Part shown: one piece after another, positions 1-13,645 of the stretch
Layout: every line of letters begins with the position of its first letter
Position numbering within the stretch: the first letter of the stretch is position 1
NCBI GenBank assembly: GCA_009914755.4
Contig: CP068257.2
Coordinates: 8,384,001 to 8,448,000 of the forward strand
DNA from: the human T2T-CHM13v2.0 reference genome, Homo sapiens
Length of the DNA: 64,000 nt
Direction of reading: 5' to 3'
The notes under the pieces: generated by a model
The model's input: only the letters and a program-made list of their open reading frames with translations
Databases searched by the model: none
Told to the model about the DNA's origin: nothing
Position numbers and translations under genes: made by a program

Positions 1-1880
1 CCGTTCAAAAATATCCCTTTGCATATTGTACAAAAAGACTGTTTCTAAACTGTCAAATGCAAAGAAAGGTTCAACTCTGTGAGATGAAACCACACATCAC
101 AAAGAAGTTCTTCATAATGCTTCTGTCTGGTTTTTATGTGAAGATATTTCATATTTCACCATAGGCCTCAAAGAGCTCACAAATATCCCTTTGCAGACTC
201 TACAAAAAGACTGTTTTCGAACTGCTCCATGCAAAGAAAGGTTCAACTCTGTGAGACGAATGCACACATAAAAAAGAAGTTTCTCAGAATGCTTCTGTCT
301 AGTTTTTTTGTGAAGATATTTCTTTTTCACCATAGGCATCAAACCATTCAGAAATATCCCTTTGTAGATTGTACAAAAATACTGTTTCCAAACTGTTCAA
401 TCAACAGAAAGGCTCAAACCTGTGAGATGAAAGCACACATCACAAAGAAGTTTCTCAGAATGCTTCTGTCTAGTTTTTATGGGAGGATATTTCTTTTTCA
501 CCATAGGACGCAAACCCCTCAGAAATATCCCTTTGCAGATTGTAGATAAAGAATGTTTCCTAACTGCTCAATCAAAAGAACAGTTAAAGTCTGTGAGATG
601 AAAGCACACATCACAAAGAAGTTTCTCAGAAATCTTCTGTCTAGTTTTTATGTGAAGATATTTCCCTTCTAACGATAGGCCTCAAAGAAATCCAAATATC
701 GATTTGCAGATTCTACAAAATAGTGTTTCCAAACTGCTCAATCAAAAGAAATTTTCAACTCTGTGAGATGAAAACACACATCACAAAGAAGTTCTTCAGA
801 AAGTTTCTCACTAGATTTTATGTGAAGATATTTAGTTTTTCACCACAAGCCACAAAGTGCTCCAAATATCCATTTGCAGATACTTCAAAAAGAGTTTTTC
901 CAAAGTGCTCCAAATATCCATTTGCAGATACTTCAAAAAGAGTTTTTCCAAACTGCTCAATCAAAAGGAAATTTCAACCTGTGAGATGAATGCAAACATC
1001 ACAAAGAAGTTTCTCGGTATGCTTCTGTATAGTTTTTCTGTGAAGATATTTCCCATTTCACCATTGGCCTCAGTGGGCTCACATATATCCTTTTGCATAT
1101 TCTACAAAAGATTGTTTCCGAATTTCTCAATGAAAAGAAAGGTTCATCTCTGGGAGATGAATGCACACATGAATAAGAAGTTTCTCAGAAAGCCTCTGTC
1201 TAGTTTTTGTTTTAAGATATTTATTTTTCACCGTAGGCCTCAAACTGCTCAGAAATATTCCTTTGCAGATTGTACAAAAAGATGGTTTCCAAACTGCTCA
1301 ATGAAAACAAAGGTTCAACACTGTGACATGAATACTCACATCACAGAGAAGTTTTTCAGAAAGCTTCTGTTTAGTTTTTTAAGTGAAAATATTTCCTTTT
1401 TCACCATAGGCCTCAAAGCACTCCAAATATCCTTTTGCAAACTCTACAAAAAGAGAGTTTCCAAACTGTTCAATTAAAAGAAAGATTCAAATCTGTGAGA
1501 AGAAAGTACACATCATGAAGAAGTTTCTCATAATGCTTCTCTCTACTTTTTTTTGTGAAGATATTTCCTATGTCGCCATAGGCCTCAAAGATCTCACAAA
1601 TATCCCATTGCAGATTCTACAAAAAGACAGTTTTTGAACTGCTAAATGAAAAGAAAGGTTCAACTCTGTGAGACGAATGCACACATAATAAATTAGTTTA
1701 TCATAATGCTTCTGTCTAGTTTTTATGTGAAGATATTTCTTTTTCACCATAGGCATCAAACCGTTCAGAAATATCCCTTTGTAGATCGTACAAGAAGACT
1801 GTTTCCAAACTGCTCAATCAAAAGAAAGTTTCAAACTGGTGAGATGAATGAACACATAACAGAGGAGTTTCTCAGGAATC
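1..1880 (-). repeat. Alpha satellite, tandem ~171-bp monomers, antisense to the standard consensus. Monomers are divergent (monomeric-type).
   Basis: Repeated units such as 'ttctacaaaaagactgtttccaaactgctcaatcaaaagaaaggttcaactctgtgagatgaatgcacacatcacaaagaagtttctcagaatgcttctgtctagtttttatgtgaagatatttcc', the reverse complement of the canonical alpha monomer. Period is ~171 bp. Adjacent monomers are ~80% identical. Confidence 0.95.
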
Positions 1881-2331
1881 TTTTTTTTTTTATTTTCATC
1901 ACTTTATTTTACTTTTTTTAAAGTTAGTTTTTTTTTATTTATTATTATTATACTTTAAGTTTTAGGGTACATGTGCACAATGTGCAGGTTTGTTACATAT
2001 GTATACATGTGCCATGCTGGTGTGCTGCACCCACTAACTCGTCATTTAGCATTAGGTATATCTCCCAATTCTATCCCTCCCCCTTCCCCCCACCCCACAA
2101 CAGTCCCCAGAGTGTGATGTTCCCCTTCCTGTGTCCATGTGTTGCTCTCGTTGTTCAATTCCCACCTATGAGTGAGAATATGCAGTGTTTGGTTTTTTGT
2201 TCTTGCGATAGTTTACTGAGAATGATGATTTCGAATTTCATCTATGTCCCTACAAAGTACATGAACTCATCATTTATTATGGCTGCATAGTATTCCATGG
2301 TGTATATGTGCCACATTTTCTTAATCCAGTC
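1881..2331 (-). mobile_element. L1 (L1PA-type) 3' end fragment: ~380 bp of 3' ORF2/3'UTR plus a poly(A) tract with an interspersed A-rich segment.
   Basis: Reverse complement of the L1 3' end: 'tactttaagttttagggtacatgtgcacaatgtgcaggtttgttacatatgtatacatgtgccatgctggtgtgctgcacccactaactcgtc...caattcccacctatgagtgagaatatgcagtgtttggttttttgttcttgcgatagtttactgagaatgatgatttc...ggctgcatagtattccatggtgtatatgtgccacattttcttaatccagtc'. A T-rich run at 1881-1950 is the poly(A). Alpha resumes at 'cttctgtcttgtttttagtg'. Confidence 0.9.
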
Positions 2332-5300
2332 TTCTGTCTTGTTTTTAGTGAACATATTACCTTTCTCAACATAGGCCTCAAAGCAATCCAAACATCCATT
2401 TGCAGACTCTACAAAAAGACTGTTTCCAAACTGATCAATCAAAACAAATTTTTACGTCTGTGAGATGAAAGCACACATCACAAAAAAGTTACTCTGACAA
2501 CTTCTCTCTAGTTTGTATGTGAAGATATTTCCTATTTTAACTGAGGCTATAAAGGGCTCACATATATCCCTTTGAAGGTTCTACAAAAAGACTTTCCAAA
2601 CTGCTCAATCAAAAGAAAGGTTCAACTCTGTGAGATGAATGGACACATCACAAAGAAATTTCTTGGAATGATTCTATCTAGTTTTTATGTGAAGATATTT
2701 CTCTTTCACCATAGGCCTCAAAAGGATCAGAATTATCCCTTTGAAGATTGTACAATAAGCCTCTTTCTAACCTGCTCAATCAAAAGAAAGGTTCAACTCT
2801 GTGAGATGAATGCACACATCACAAGGAAGTTTCTGAGAAAGCTTCTGTTTAGTTTTTATGTGAGGATATTTCGTTTTCCACCATGGGCCTCAATAGCGCT
2901 CAAAATATCCATTTGCAGATTCTAGACAAAGAGTGTTTCCAAACTCCTCAATCAAAAGAAAGTTTCAATTCTGTGAGATGAAAGCACACATCACAAAGAA
3001 GTTTCTTAGAAAGCTTCTTTCTAGTTTTTATGTGAAGATATTTCACATTGCACCATAGTACTCAACACGCTCAGAAATATCCCTTTGCAGATTCTACAAA
3101 AGGGCTGTTTCCAAACTGCTCAATCCAGAGAAAGTTTCAACTATGAGAGATGAATGCACACATCACAAAGAAGTTTCTCAGAATGCTTCTTTCTAGTTTA
3201 TATGTGAAGAAAATTCCTATTTCACCATAGGCAATAAAGGGCTCACAAATATTTTTTTGCAGATTCTACAAAAAGACTGTATCCAAACTGCTCAATAAAA
3301 ATAAAGTTTCAACTCTGTTAGATTAATGGACACATCAAAAAGTAATTTCTCATAAAATTTCTGTTTAGTTTTTATGTGAGGATATTTCCTTTGTCACCAT
3401 TGGCCTCAAAGCACTCCTAATATCCATTTACAGATATCACAAAAAGAATGTTTCCAAACTGCTCAATCAAAAGAAAGTTTTAACTCTGTGAGATGAAAGC
3501 ACACATCTCAAAGAACTTTCTCAGAAAGCTTTGGTCTAGTTTTCATGTAAAGATATTTCCAGTTTCACCGTAGGCCTCAAAGGGCTAAGAAATATCCCTT
3601 TCCAGATTCTAAAAGACAACCATTTCCATACTGCTCAATCAAAAGAAAGCTTAAATTCTGTGAGGTGAATGCACACATCAGAATGAAGTTTCTCAGAATT
3701 CTCCTGTCTAGTTTTTATGTGACAATATTTACTATGTCACTATAAGCTTCAAATGTCTCAAAAATATCCCTTTGCAGATTCTACAAAAATATGGTTTCAA
3801 AAGTGTGAATTAAAAGAAACCTTCAACTCTGTCAGATGAATGAAGACATCACAAAGAAGTTCCTCAGAATGCTTCTGTCTAGTTTAAATGTGAAGATATT
3901 TCTTTTTCACATAGACCTCAAATGGCTCAGAAATACACCTTTGCAGAATGCAGGAAAAGACTGTTTCTAAACTGCTCAAACAAAATAAAGTTTCAACACT
4001 GTGAGATGAATGCACACATCACAAAGAAGTTTCTCAGAAATCTTCTGTCTAGCGTTTATCTCAAGATAATTCCTATTTTGCCATAGGAATCAATGTGCTC
4101 ACAAATATCCCTTTGCAGATTCTACAAAAGTTCTGTTTCCAAGCTGCTCAATCAAAAGAAACGTTCAACATTGTGAGATGAATGCACACATCACAAAGAA
4201 GTTTCTCAGAATGCTTCTGTCTGGTTATTATGTGAAGATACTTCCTTTTTCACCATGGGCCTGAAAACACTCTAAATATCCACTTGCAGATTCTACAAAA
4301 AGAGTGTTTTCAAACTGCTCAATGAAAAGAAAGGTTTAATTCTGTGAGATGAAAGCACACTTCACAAAAGTGTTTCTTAGAAACCTTCTATCTAGTTTTT
4401 ATGTGAAGATATTTCATATTTAAAAATAGGTCTCAATGGGCTCAAAAATATGCTCTTACAGATGCTACAAAAAGAGTGTTTCCAAAAAGCTCAATCAAAA
4501 TAAAGGTTTAACACTGTAAGATAAATGCACACATTACAAAGAAGTCTCTCAGAATTCTTCTGTATAGTTTTTTTGAGAAGCCACTTCTTTTTTCACTATA
4601 AGCCTGTCTGCTCACTAATAGCCCTCTGCAGATACTACAAAATACTCTTTCCAAACTGCTCAATCAAAATAAAGGTTCACATCTGTGAGATGAAAGCCCA
4701 AGTCACAAAGAACTTTCTCAGAAAGTTTCCGTCTAGTTTTTATGTGAAGATATTTCCTATTTCTCCTTAGGCCTCAAAAGGATCACAAATATCCCTATTC
4801 AGATTCTACAAAAAACTGTTTCCAAACTGCTTCATCAAAAGAAAGGTTCAATTCTGTGAGATCAATGCATACATACAAAATTAGTTTCTCAGAATGCTTC
4901 TGTCTAGTTTTTATGTGAAGTTATTACTTTTTCACCATAGGTCTCAAACTGCAAACAAATATTCCTTTGCAGATTGCACAAAAAGTATGTTTCCACACTG
5001 CTCAATGAACAGAAAGGTTCAACTCAGTGAGATGAATGCAAACATCACAAAGAGTTTTCTCAAAATGCTTCTGTCTAGGTTTTAGGTGAAGATATTTACT
5101 TTTTCACCATAGGCCTCAAACTGCTCACAAATATCCCTTTGCAGTTTCTACAAAACGACTTGTTGCCAAACTGCTCAATGAAAGGCAAGGTCCAAATCTG
5201 TGAGATGAAAGGACACATCACAAAGAAGTTTCTCAGAAAGTTTCTGTCTAGTTTTTAAATGCAGATATTTTCTTTTTCACTATAGGCCTCAAAGCACTCC

Positions 5301-8300
5301 AAATATCCGTTTGCAAGTTCTACAAAAAGAGTGTTTCCAAACTGCTCAATCAAAAGAGAGGTTCAACTCTTTGTGGTGAAAGCACACAGCACAAAGAAGT
5401 TTTACAAGAAGCTTCTGTCCAGTTTTTATGTGAAGACCTTTCCTATTTCACCATAGGTCCCAATGGGCTCACAAACATCCCTTTGCAGATTCTACAAAAG
5501 AATTCTTTCCAAACTGCTCAATCCATGGAAAGTTTCAACTCTGTGACATGAATGCACACATCACAAAGAAGTTTCTCAGAATGCTTCTGTCTAGTTTTTA
5601 TGTGAAGAAATTTCTTGTTCACCATAGGCCTGAAATGCTGCAAATATCCATCTTCAGATTCTACAAAAAGAATGTTTCCTAACTGCTCAATCAAAAGAAA
5701 AGTTCAACTCTGTGAGACGAAAGCACACAACACAAAGAAGTTTCTCTGAAAGCTTCTGTCTAGTTTTTTTGTGAAGATATTCCCTATTTCACCATAGTCC
5801 TGAAAGGGCTCACAAATATCCCTTTGCATATTATACAAAAAGACTGTCCCCAAACTGCTCAATCAAAAGAAAGTTTCAACTCTGTGTGATGAATGCACAC
5901 ATTACAAAGAAGTTTCTCAGAATGCTTTTGCTAGTTTTTATATGAAGATATTTCTCTTTCACAGTAGGCCTCAAATGGCTCAGAAATATCCCTTTGCAGA
6001 TTGTACAAAAAGACTGTTTCCAAACTGCTCAATCAAAAGAAAGTTTCAACACTGTGAGATGAATGCACACATCACAAAGAAGTTTCTCAGAATGCTTCTG
6101 TTAAGATTTCATGTGAAGATATTTCCTTTTTCACCATAGGCCTCAAAGGGCTCAGAAGTATTACTTTGTAGATTCTACAAAAGGTCGGTTTAGAAAACTG
6201 CTCAATCCAAAGAAAGGTTCAACTCTGTGAGATGAATGCACACATCTCAAAGAAGTTTCTCACAATGGATCTGTCGAGGTTTTCTGTGAAGATATATCCT
6301 TTTTAACCATAGGCCTTAAACTGCTCATGAATATCCCTCTGCAGATACTACAAAAAGACTGTTTCCAAACTGCTGCATCCAAAGAAATGTTCAACTCTGT
6401 GATATGAATACACACATCACAAAGAAGTTTCTCAGAATGCTTCTGTCTGGTTTTTATGTGAAGATATTTCCTATTTCACCATAGGCTGTAAAGGGCTCAC
6501 AAATATCCGTTTGCATATTCTAAAAAAAAGACTGTTTCCAAACTGTTCAAACAAAAGAAAGGTTCAACTCTGTGAGATGAATGCACACATCAGAAAGAAG
6601 TTTCTCAGAATGCTTCTGCCTGGTTTTTATGTGAAGATATTTCCTTTTTCAGCATAGGACTCAGTGGGCTCAGAAATATCCCTTTGCAGGTTCCACAAAA
6701 GGACTGTTTAGAAAACTGCTGAATCCAAAGAAAGATTCAGCTCTGTGAGATGAATACACACATCACAAAGAAGTTTTGCAGAATGCATCTGTCTAGTTTT
6801 TATGGAAAGATATTTCTTTTTTCACCATAGGCCTCAAAGTGCTCCAAATACCCATTTGTAGATTCTACAAAAAGAGTGTTTCCAAACTGCTCAATCAAAA
6901 GAAAGGTTCAACCTTGTGACACGGAAGTAAACATCACAAAGTAGTCTCTCAGAAAGCTTCTGTCTATTTTTTATGTGATGATATTTCCTATTTCACCATG
7001 GGCCATATAGGGCTCACAAATTTTTTTTGCAAATTCTACAAAAAGACTGTTTCCAAACTGCTCAATCCAAAGGAAGTTTCAACTCTATGAGATGAATGGA
7101 CACACCACAAAAAAGTTTATCAGAATGCTTCTATCTACTTCTTATGTGAAGACATTTTTTTTTCACCCTAGTCTTCAATGGGCTCAGAAATATCCCTCCT
7201 TTGTAGATTCTACAAAAGGACTGTTTCCAAACTGCTCAATCAAAGAAAGGTTCAACTCTATGAGATGAATGCACACATCACATAGATGTTTCTCACAATC
7301 CTTCTGTCTATTTTTTATGTGAAGGTATTTCCTTTTTCACCATAGGCCTCCAAGCACTCCAAACATCCACTTGCTGATTCCACAAAAAGACTGTTTCCAA
7401 ACCCCTCATTCAAAAAAGGATTCAACCGTATGAGATGAATGCACATATCACAGAGATGTTTCTCACAATGCTTCTGTCTATTTTTTATGTGAAGGTATTT
7501 ACTTTTTCACCATAGGCCTCAAAGCGCTCCAAACATCCATTTGCTGATTCCGCAAAAAGACTGTTTCCAAACTGCTCAATCAAAAGAAAGGTACAACTCC
7601 GTGTGTTGAAAGCACACATCACAAAGAAGTTTCTCAGAAAGCTTCTGTCTAGTTTTTCTTTGAGGATATTTCCTGTTTCACCATGGGCCATAAAGGGCTC
7701 AAAAATATTTTTCACAGATTCTACAAAAAGACTGTTTCCAAACTGCTCAATCCAAAGAAAGTTTCAACTCTGTGAGGTGAATGGACACAAGACAAAGAAG
7801 TTTCTCAGAATACTTCTGTCTAGGGTTTATGTGAGATATTTCCTTTTTCACCATAAGCCTCAAAGTGCTCCAAATATCCATTTGCAGATTCCACAAAAAG
7901 ACTGTTTCCAAGTTGCTCAATGAAAAGAAAGTTTCAACTCTGTGAGGTGAAAGCACACATCACAAAGAAGTTTCTCAGAAAGTATCTTTCTAGATTTTTT
8001 GTGAAGATATTTCCTTTTTCACCATAGGCCTCAAATCACTCCAAGTATCCATTTGCAGATTCTACCAAAAGATTGTTTACAAAATGCTAAATCAAAATAA
8101 AGTTTCAGCTCTGTGATGTGAATGCAGGCATCACAAAGGAGTTTCTCAGAAAGATTCTGTTTAGTGTTTATCTGAAGGTATTTCCTTTTTCTCCATAGAC
8201 CTCAAAGCTCTCCAAATATGCATTTCCAGATTCTATAAAAAGTCTGTTTCCAAACTGCTCAATGAAAAGAAAGGTTCAACTCTGTGAGATGAAAGCACAT

Positions 8301-10159
8301 ATCACAAGGAAGTTTCTCAGAATGTTTCTTTCTAGTTTTTTTTGGAAGATATTTCCTTTTTCACCATAGGCCTCAAAGCACTCCAAATATCCATTTGCAG
8401 ATTCTACAAAAAGACTGTTTACAAACTGCTCAATCAAAAGAAGTTTTCAACACTGTGAGATGAATGCACACATTACAAATTAGTTTCCCAGAAAACTTCT
8501 GTTTAGTTTTTATGTGAAGATATTTCCTTTTTCACCAGAGGCCTCAAAACACTCCAATTATCCATTTGCAGATTATGCAAAAAGAGTATTTCCAAACTGC
8601 TCATTCAAAAGAAACACTTAACTCTTTGAGATGAAAGCACTCATTAAAAATAAGTTTCTCAGAAAGCTTCTGTCTAGCTTTTATGTGAAGATATTTCCAA
8701 TATCACCAAAGGCCTCAATCGGCTGAGAAGTACCCCTTTGGGGATTCTACAATAGGACTGTTTCCAAACTGCTCTAGCAAAGGAAAGGTTCAACTCTGTG
8801 AGATGAATGCACGCATCACTAAAAGGTTTCTCAGAAAATTTCTGTGTAGTTTTTATGTGAAGATATTTCCTACTTCACCCTAGGCCTCAAAGGGTTCACA
8901 ATTATCCCTTTGTAGATTTTACAAAAAGACTGTTTCCAAATCTTCAATCAAAGAAATGTTCAAATGTGTGAGATGAATGCAAACCTCACAAAGAAGTTTC
9001 TCAGAATTCTTCCATCGAATTTTTATGTGATGATATTTCCTTTTTTACCATAGGCCTCAATATGCTCCAAATATACATTTGCAGATTCTACAAAAAGAGT
9101 GTTTCCAAACTGCTCAATCAAAAGAAAAGTTCAACTCTGTGAGATGGAAGCACACATCACAAAGAAGTTTCTTAGAAACCTTCTGTCTCGTTTTTATGGG
9201 AAGATATTTCGTATTTCACCATAGGCCTCAATGGGCTCAGAAATATACCTTTGCAGATTCTACAAAAAGATTGTTTACAAACTGCTCAATCCAAAGACAG
9301 GTTCAACACTCTGAGATTAATTCACACATCACAAAGAAGTTTCTCAGAAAGCTTCTGTCTAGTTTTTATGTGAAGATATTTCCTTGCTCACCATAGGCCT
9401 CAAACTGCTCACAAACATCCCTCTACAGATACTACAAAAAGACTGTTACCAAACTGTTCAATCAACAGAAGGGTTCAACTCTGTGTGGTAAATGCACACG
9501 TCACCAAGAAGTTTCTCAGAATGCTTCTGTCTAGTTTTTATGTGAAGATATTTCCTTTCTCATGAAGGCCTCAAACCACTCCAATTATCCATTTGCAGAT
9601 TCTACAAAAGATGGTTTCCAAACTACTCAATGAATAGAAAGGTTCAACTATGTGAGATGAAAGCACACATCACAAAGAAGTTTCATAAAATGTTGCTTTC
9701 TAGTTTTTAAGTGAAGATATTTCCTTTTTCACCATAGTCCTCAAAGTGCTCCAAATATCCATTTGCAGATTCTATAAAAAGTGTGTTTTCAAACTGCTCA
9801 ATCAAAAGAAAGGTTCAACTCTGTGAGATGGAAGCACACATCACAAATAAGTTTCCAGAAATCTTCTGACTAGTTTTTATATGAAGATATTTCCTATTTC
9901 ACCATGGACCTCAATGAGCTCACAAATATCCCTTTGCTGATTCTACAAAAGGACTGTTTTGAAACTGCTCAATGAGAAGAAAGGTTCAACTCTGTGAGAC
10001 GAATGCATACATCACAAAGAAGTTTCTCAGAATGCTTCTGTCTAGTTTTTAGGTGAAGATATTTTCTTTTTCACCATAGGCCTCAAAGTGCTCACAAATA
10101 TCTCCTTGCAGATTCTACAACAACAGAGTATCCAAATTGATTAATCAAAAGAATGTTTC
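2332..10159 (-). repeat. Alpha satellite, divergent ~171-bp monomers (continuation).
   Basis: Continuous alpha monomers with the same motif set as 1-1880. No other insertions noticed. Confidence 0.95.
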
Positions 10160-11066
10160 ACATAAAATCTCTAGAAGAAAACCTAGGCAATACCATTCAG
10201 GACATAGGCGTGGGCAAGTACTTCATGTCTAAAACACCTAAAGCAATGTCAACAAAAGCCACAATTGACAAATGGGATCTCATTAAACTAAGGAGCTTCT
10301 GCACAGCAAAAGAAACCACCATCAGAGTGAACAGGCATCCTACGGAATGGGAGAAAATTTTTGCAACCTACTCATCTGTAAAAGGGCTAATATCTAGAAT
10401 CTACAATGAACTCAGACAAATTTACAGGAAAAAGCAAACAACCCCATCAAAAAGTGGGCGAAGGATATGAACAGACATTTCTCAAAAGAAGACATTTATG
10501 CAGCCAATGAACAAATGAAAAAATGTTCATCTCCACTGGCCATCAGAGAAATGCAAGTCAAAACCACAATGAGATACCATCTCATGCCAGTTAGAATGGC
10601 AATCATTAAAAAGTCAGGAAACAACAGGTGCTGGAGAGGATGTGAGAAATAGGAATATTTTTGCACTGTTAATGGGACTGTAAACTAGTTCAACCATTGT
10701 GGAAGTTGGTATGGAGATTCCTCAGGGATCTAGAACTAGAAATCATTTGACCCAGCCATGCCATTACTGGGTATATACCCAAAGGATTATAAATCATGCT
10801 GCTATAAAGACACATGCACACGTATGTTTATAGTGACACTATTCACAATAGCAAAGACTTGGAACCAACGTAAATGTTCAACCACGATAGACTGGATGAA
10901 GAAAATGTGGCACATATACATCATGGAACACCATGCAGCCATAAAAAATGATGAGTTGATGTCCTTTGTAGGGACATGGATGAAGCTGGAAACCATCATT
11001 CTCAGTGAACTATCGCAAGGACAAAAAATAAAACACCACATGTTCTCACTCATAGTTGGGAGTTGA
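10153..11066 (+). pseudogene. Remnants of the L1 ORF2 C-terminal region, split over 3 frames (frameshifted). Not an intact gene.
   Basis: ORF-track peptides '[68 protein letters not shown]...', '[61 protein letters not shown]' and 'KKMWHIYIMEHHAAIKNDELMSFVGTWMKLETIILSELSQGQK' match the L1 ORF2p C-terminus but lie in different frames. Confidence 0.85.
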
Positions 11067-11330
11067 TCAAAGAAACACATGGACACAGGAAGGGAAACAT
11101 CACACACCACACACCAGGAACTGTAGTCAGGTGTGGGGAGGGGGAAGGATAGCCTTAGGAGATATACCTAATGTTAAATGATGAGTTCATGGGTGCAGCA
11201 CACAAATATGGCACATGTATACGTGTGTAACAAACTTGCACGTTGTACACATGTTCCCTAAAAAATAAAATATAATAATAATAAAAGTAAATAAATAAAT
11301 AAATAAACCCAGAGCTCCAAAAAAAAAATA
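10160..11330 (+). mobile_element. L1PA-type LINE-1 3' end (~1.17 kb: 3' ORF2, 3'UTR, poly(A)), 5'-truncated.
   Basis: Sense L1 sequence 'ctctagaagaaaacctaggcaataccattcaggacataggcgtgggcaagtacttcatgtctaaaacacctaaagcaatg...' through '...gggtgcagcacacaaatatggcacatgtatacgtgtgtaacaaacttgcacgttgtacacatgttccctaaaaaataaaatataataataataaaag'. An A-rich tail ends ~11329. The flanks 'aaaagaatgtttcac' (pre) and 'agaagaatggttcaac' (post) look like a ~15-bp TSD with 2 mismatches, in alpha sequence. Confidence 0.9.
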
Positions 11331-12105
11331 GAGAAGAATGGTTCAACTCTATGAGAAGAATGCACACATCACAAATAAATTTCTCAGAAAGCTTCTGTCT
11401 ACATTTTATATGAAGATATTTCCTTTTTCACCATAGGCCTCAAAGCACTCACAAATATCCCTTTGCAGATTCTACAAGAAAAGAGTTTCCCATCTGCTCA
11501 ATGAAAAGAAACGTTTACCGCTTGGAGATGAATGCACACATTACAAAGCAGTTTCTCAGAAACCTTCTGTCTAGTTTTTATGTGAAGATATTTCCTTTTT
11601 CGCCATAGGCCTCAAAGCACTCACAAATATCTCATTGCTGATCCTACAAAAAGACTGTTTCCAAACTGCTCAATCAAAAGAATGGTTTAACTGTTTGAGA
11701 TGAGTGCACTCCAAACACAGAAGTGTCTCAGAAAGATTCTGTCTAGTTTTCATGTGAATATATTTCCTTTTTCACCATTGGCCTCCAAGTGTTCACAAAT
11801 ATCCCTTTGCAGATTCTACAAAAAGACGATTTCCAATATGTTCAATCAACAGAAAGGTTCAAATCTGTGAGACTAATTCACACGTGACAAAGCAGTTTCT
11901 CAGAAACCTTCTTTCTAGTTTTTCTCTGAAGATATTTCCTTTTTCACCATAGGCTTCAAAGTGCTCACAAATATCCTTTTGCAGATTCTACAAAAAGAAT
12001 GTTACCAAACTGCTCAAACAAAAGAATGGTTCACATCTGTGAGATGAATGCACACATCACAGAAAACTTTCTCAGAAAGCTTCTGTCTACATTTTATGTG
12101 AAGAT
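11331..12105 (-). repeat. Alpha satellite monomers up to the junction with HSat3.
   Basis: Alpha monomers continue to '...cagaaagcttctgtctacattttatgtgaagat'. The sequence then switches abruptly at ~12105/12106 to 'cggagtgcagtggaatggaatggaatgg'. Confidence 0.9.
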
Positions 12106-13645
12106 CGGAGTGCAGTGGAATGGAATGGAATGGAATGGAATGGAATGGAATGGAATGGAGTAGAGTGAAGTGGAGTGGAGTGGATTGGAGTGGAATGGAG
12201 AGAAATGGAATGGAGTGGATTTCAAAAAAATGGAATGGAATGGAGTGTAGTGTAATGGAATGGAATGGAGCAGAGTGAAGTGGAATAGAATGGAGTGGAA
12301 TGGAATGGAGAGGAGTGGAATGGAATGGAGTGGAGTGGAGTGGATTGGAGTGGAGTGGAGGGGATTGGAGTGGAGTGGAGTGAAGTGGAGTTAAATGGAG
12401 TGGAATGGTATGGAATGGAATTGAATGGAATGGAGTGGAATGGAATGGAATGGAGTGGAGTGGAGTGGAATGGAGTGAAATGGAGTGGAGTGGAATCGAG
12501 TGAAGTGGAATGGAATGGAGTGGAATGGAACGGAGAGGAAATCAATGAAATGGAATGCAACACAGTGGAATGAAGTGGAGTGGAGTGCAGTGGAGTTGAG
12601 TGGAGTGGATAGGAATGCAGTGCAATGGAATGGAATGGAATGTAAGGGAGTGGAGTGGAGTGGATTGGAGTGCAGTGGAGTGGAGTGGAGTGGAATGGAG
12701 TGGAATGGAGTGGAATGGCATGGAGTGGAGACGAATAGAATGAAATGGAATGAAATTGAATGGAATGGAAATGAATGGAACGCAACGGAACGGAACAGAA
12801 TGGAGTACAGTGGAGAGGAGTTGAGTGGAGTGGATCGCAGTGCAGTGGAATGGAATGGAATGGAATGGAATGGAATGGAATGGAAAGGAATGGAATGGAA
12901 TGGAATGGAAAAGAATGGGATTGAGTGGAGTGGAATGGAAAGGAGTGGAGTGGAATGTAATGGAATGCAATGGAATGGAAAAGAATGGGATGGAGTGGAG
13001 TGGAATGGAAAGGAGTGGAGTGGAATGGAATGGAGTGGAGTGGAATGGAATGGAGTGGAGTGGAGTGGAATGGAGTGGAGTGGAGTGGAATGGAATGGAG
13101 TGGAGTGGAATGGAGAGGAGTGCAGAGGAATGGTATGGATTGGAATGGAATGGAAGGGAGTGGAGTGCAGTGGAGTGGATTGGAATGCAGTGGAATTGAA
13201 TGGAGTGGAATGGAATGGAGTGGAGTAGAGTGGAGTGGAGTGGAGTTGAGTGGGATGGATTAGAGTGCAGTGGAATGAAATGGAATGGAATGGAGTGGAG
13301 TTTGGTGGAGTGGAGTGAAGAGGAATTTAATGGAAAGGAGTGGACTGGAATTGTTTGGAGTGGATAGGAAGGAATGGAACATAAAGGAATGGAATGGAAT
13401 GGAATGGAATGGAAAGGAATGGAATGGAATGGAGTGGAGTGCAGTGGAGTTGAGTCGAGTCAATCTGAGTGCAGTGGAAAGAAAAGGAATGGAATGGAAC
13501 AGAATGGAATGAAATGGAATGGAATGGAATAGAGTAAAGTGGGATGGAAGGGAGTGCAGGAGAGTAGGGTGGAGTGGAGTGCAGTGGAGTGGAGTGGAAT
13601 GGAATGGAATGGAATGGAATGGAGTTGAATGGAATGGAAAGGAAT

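Noticed and set aside
229-11400. Many 60-206 aa ORFs across alpha satellite (e.g. 857-1477 plus, 206 aa).
   Set aside because: The AT-rich 171-bp tandem repeat occasionally lacks stops. Peptides are repeated, monomer-phased and low complexity, with no gene features.
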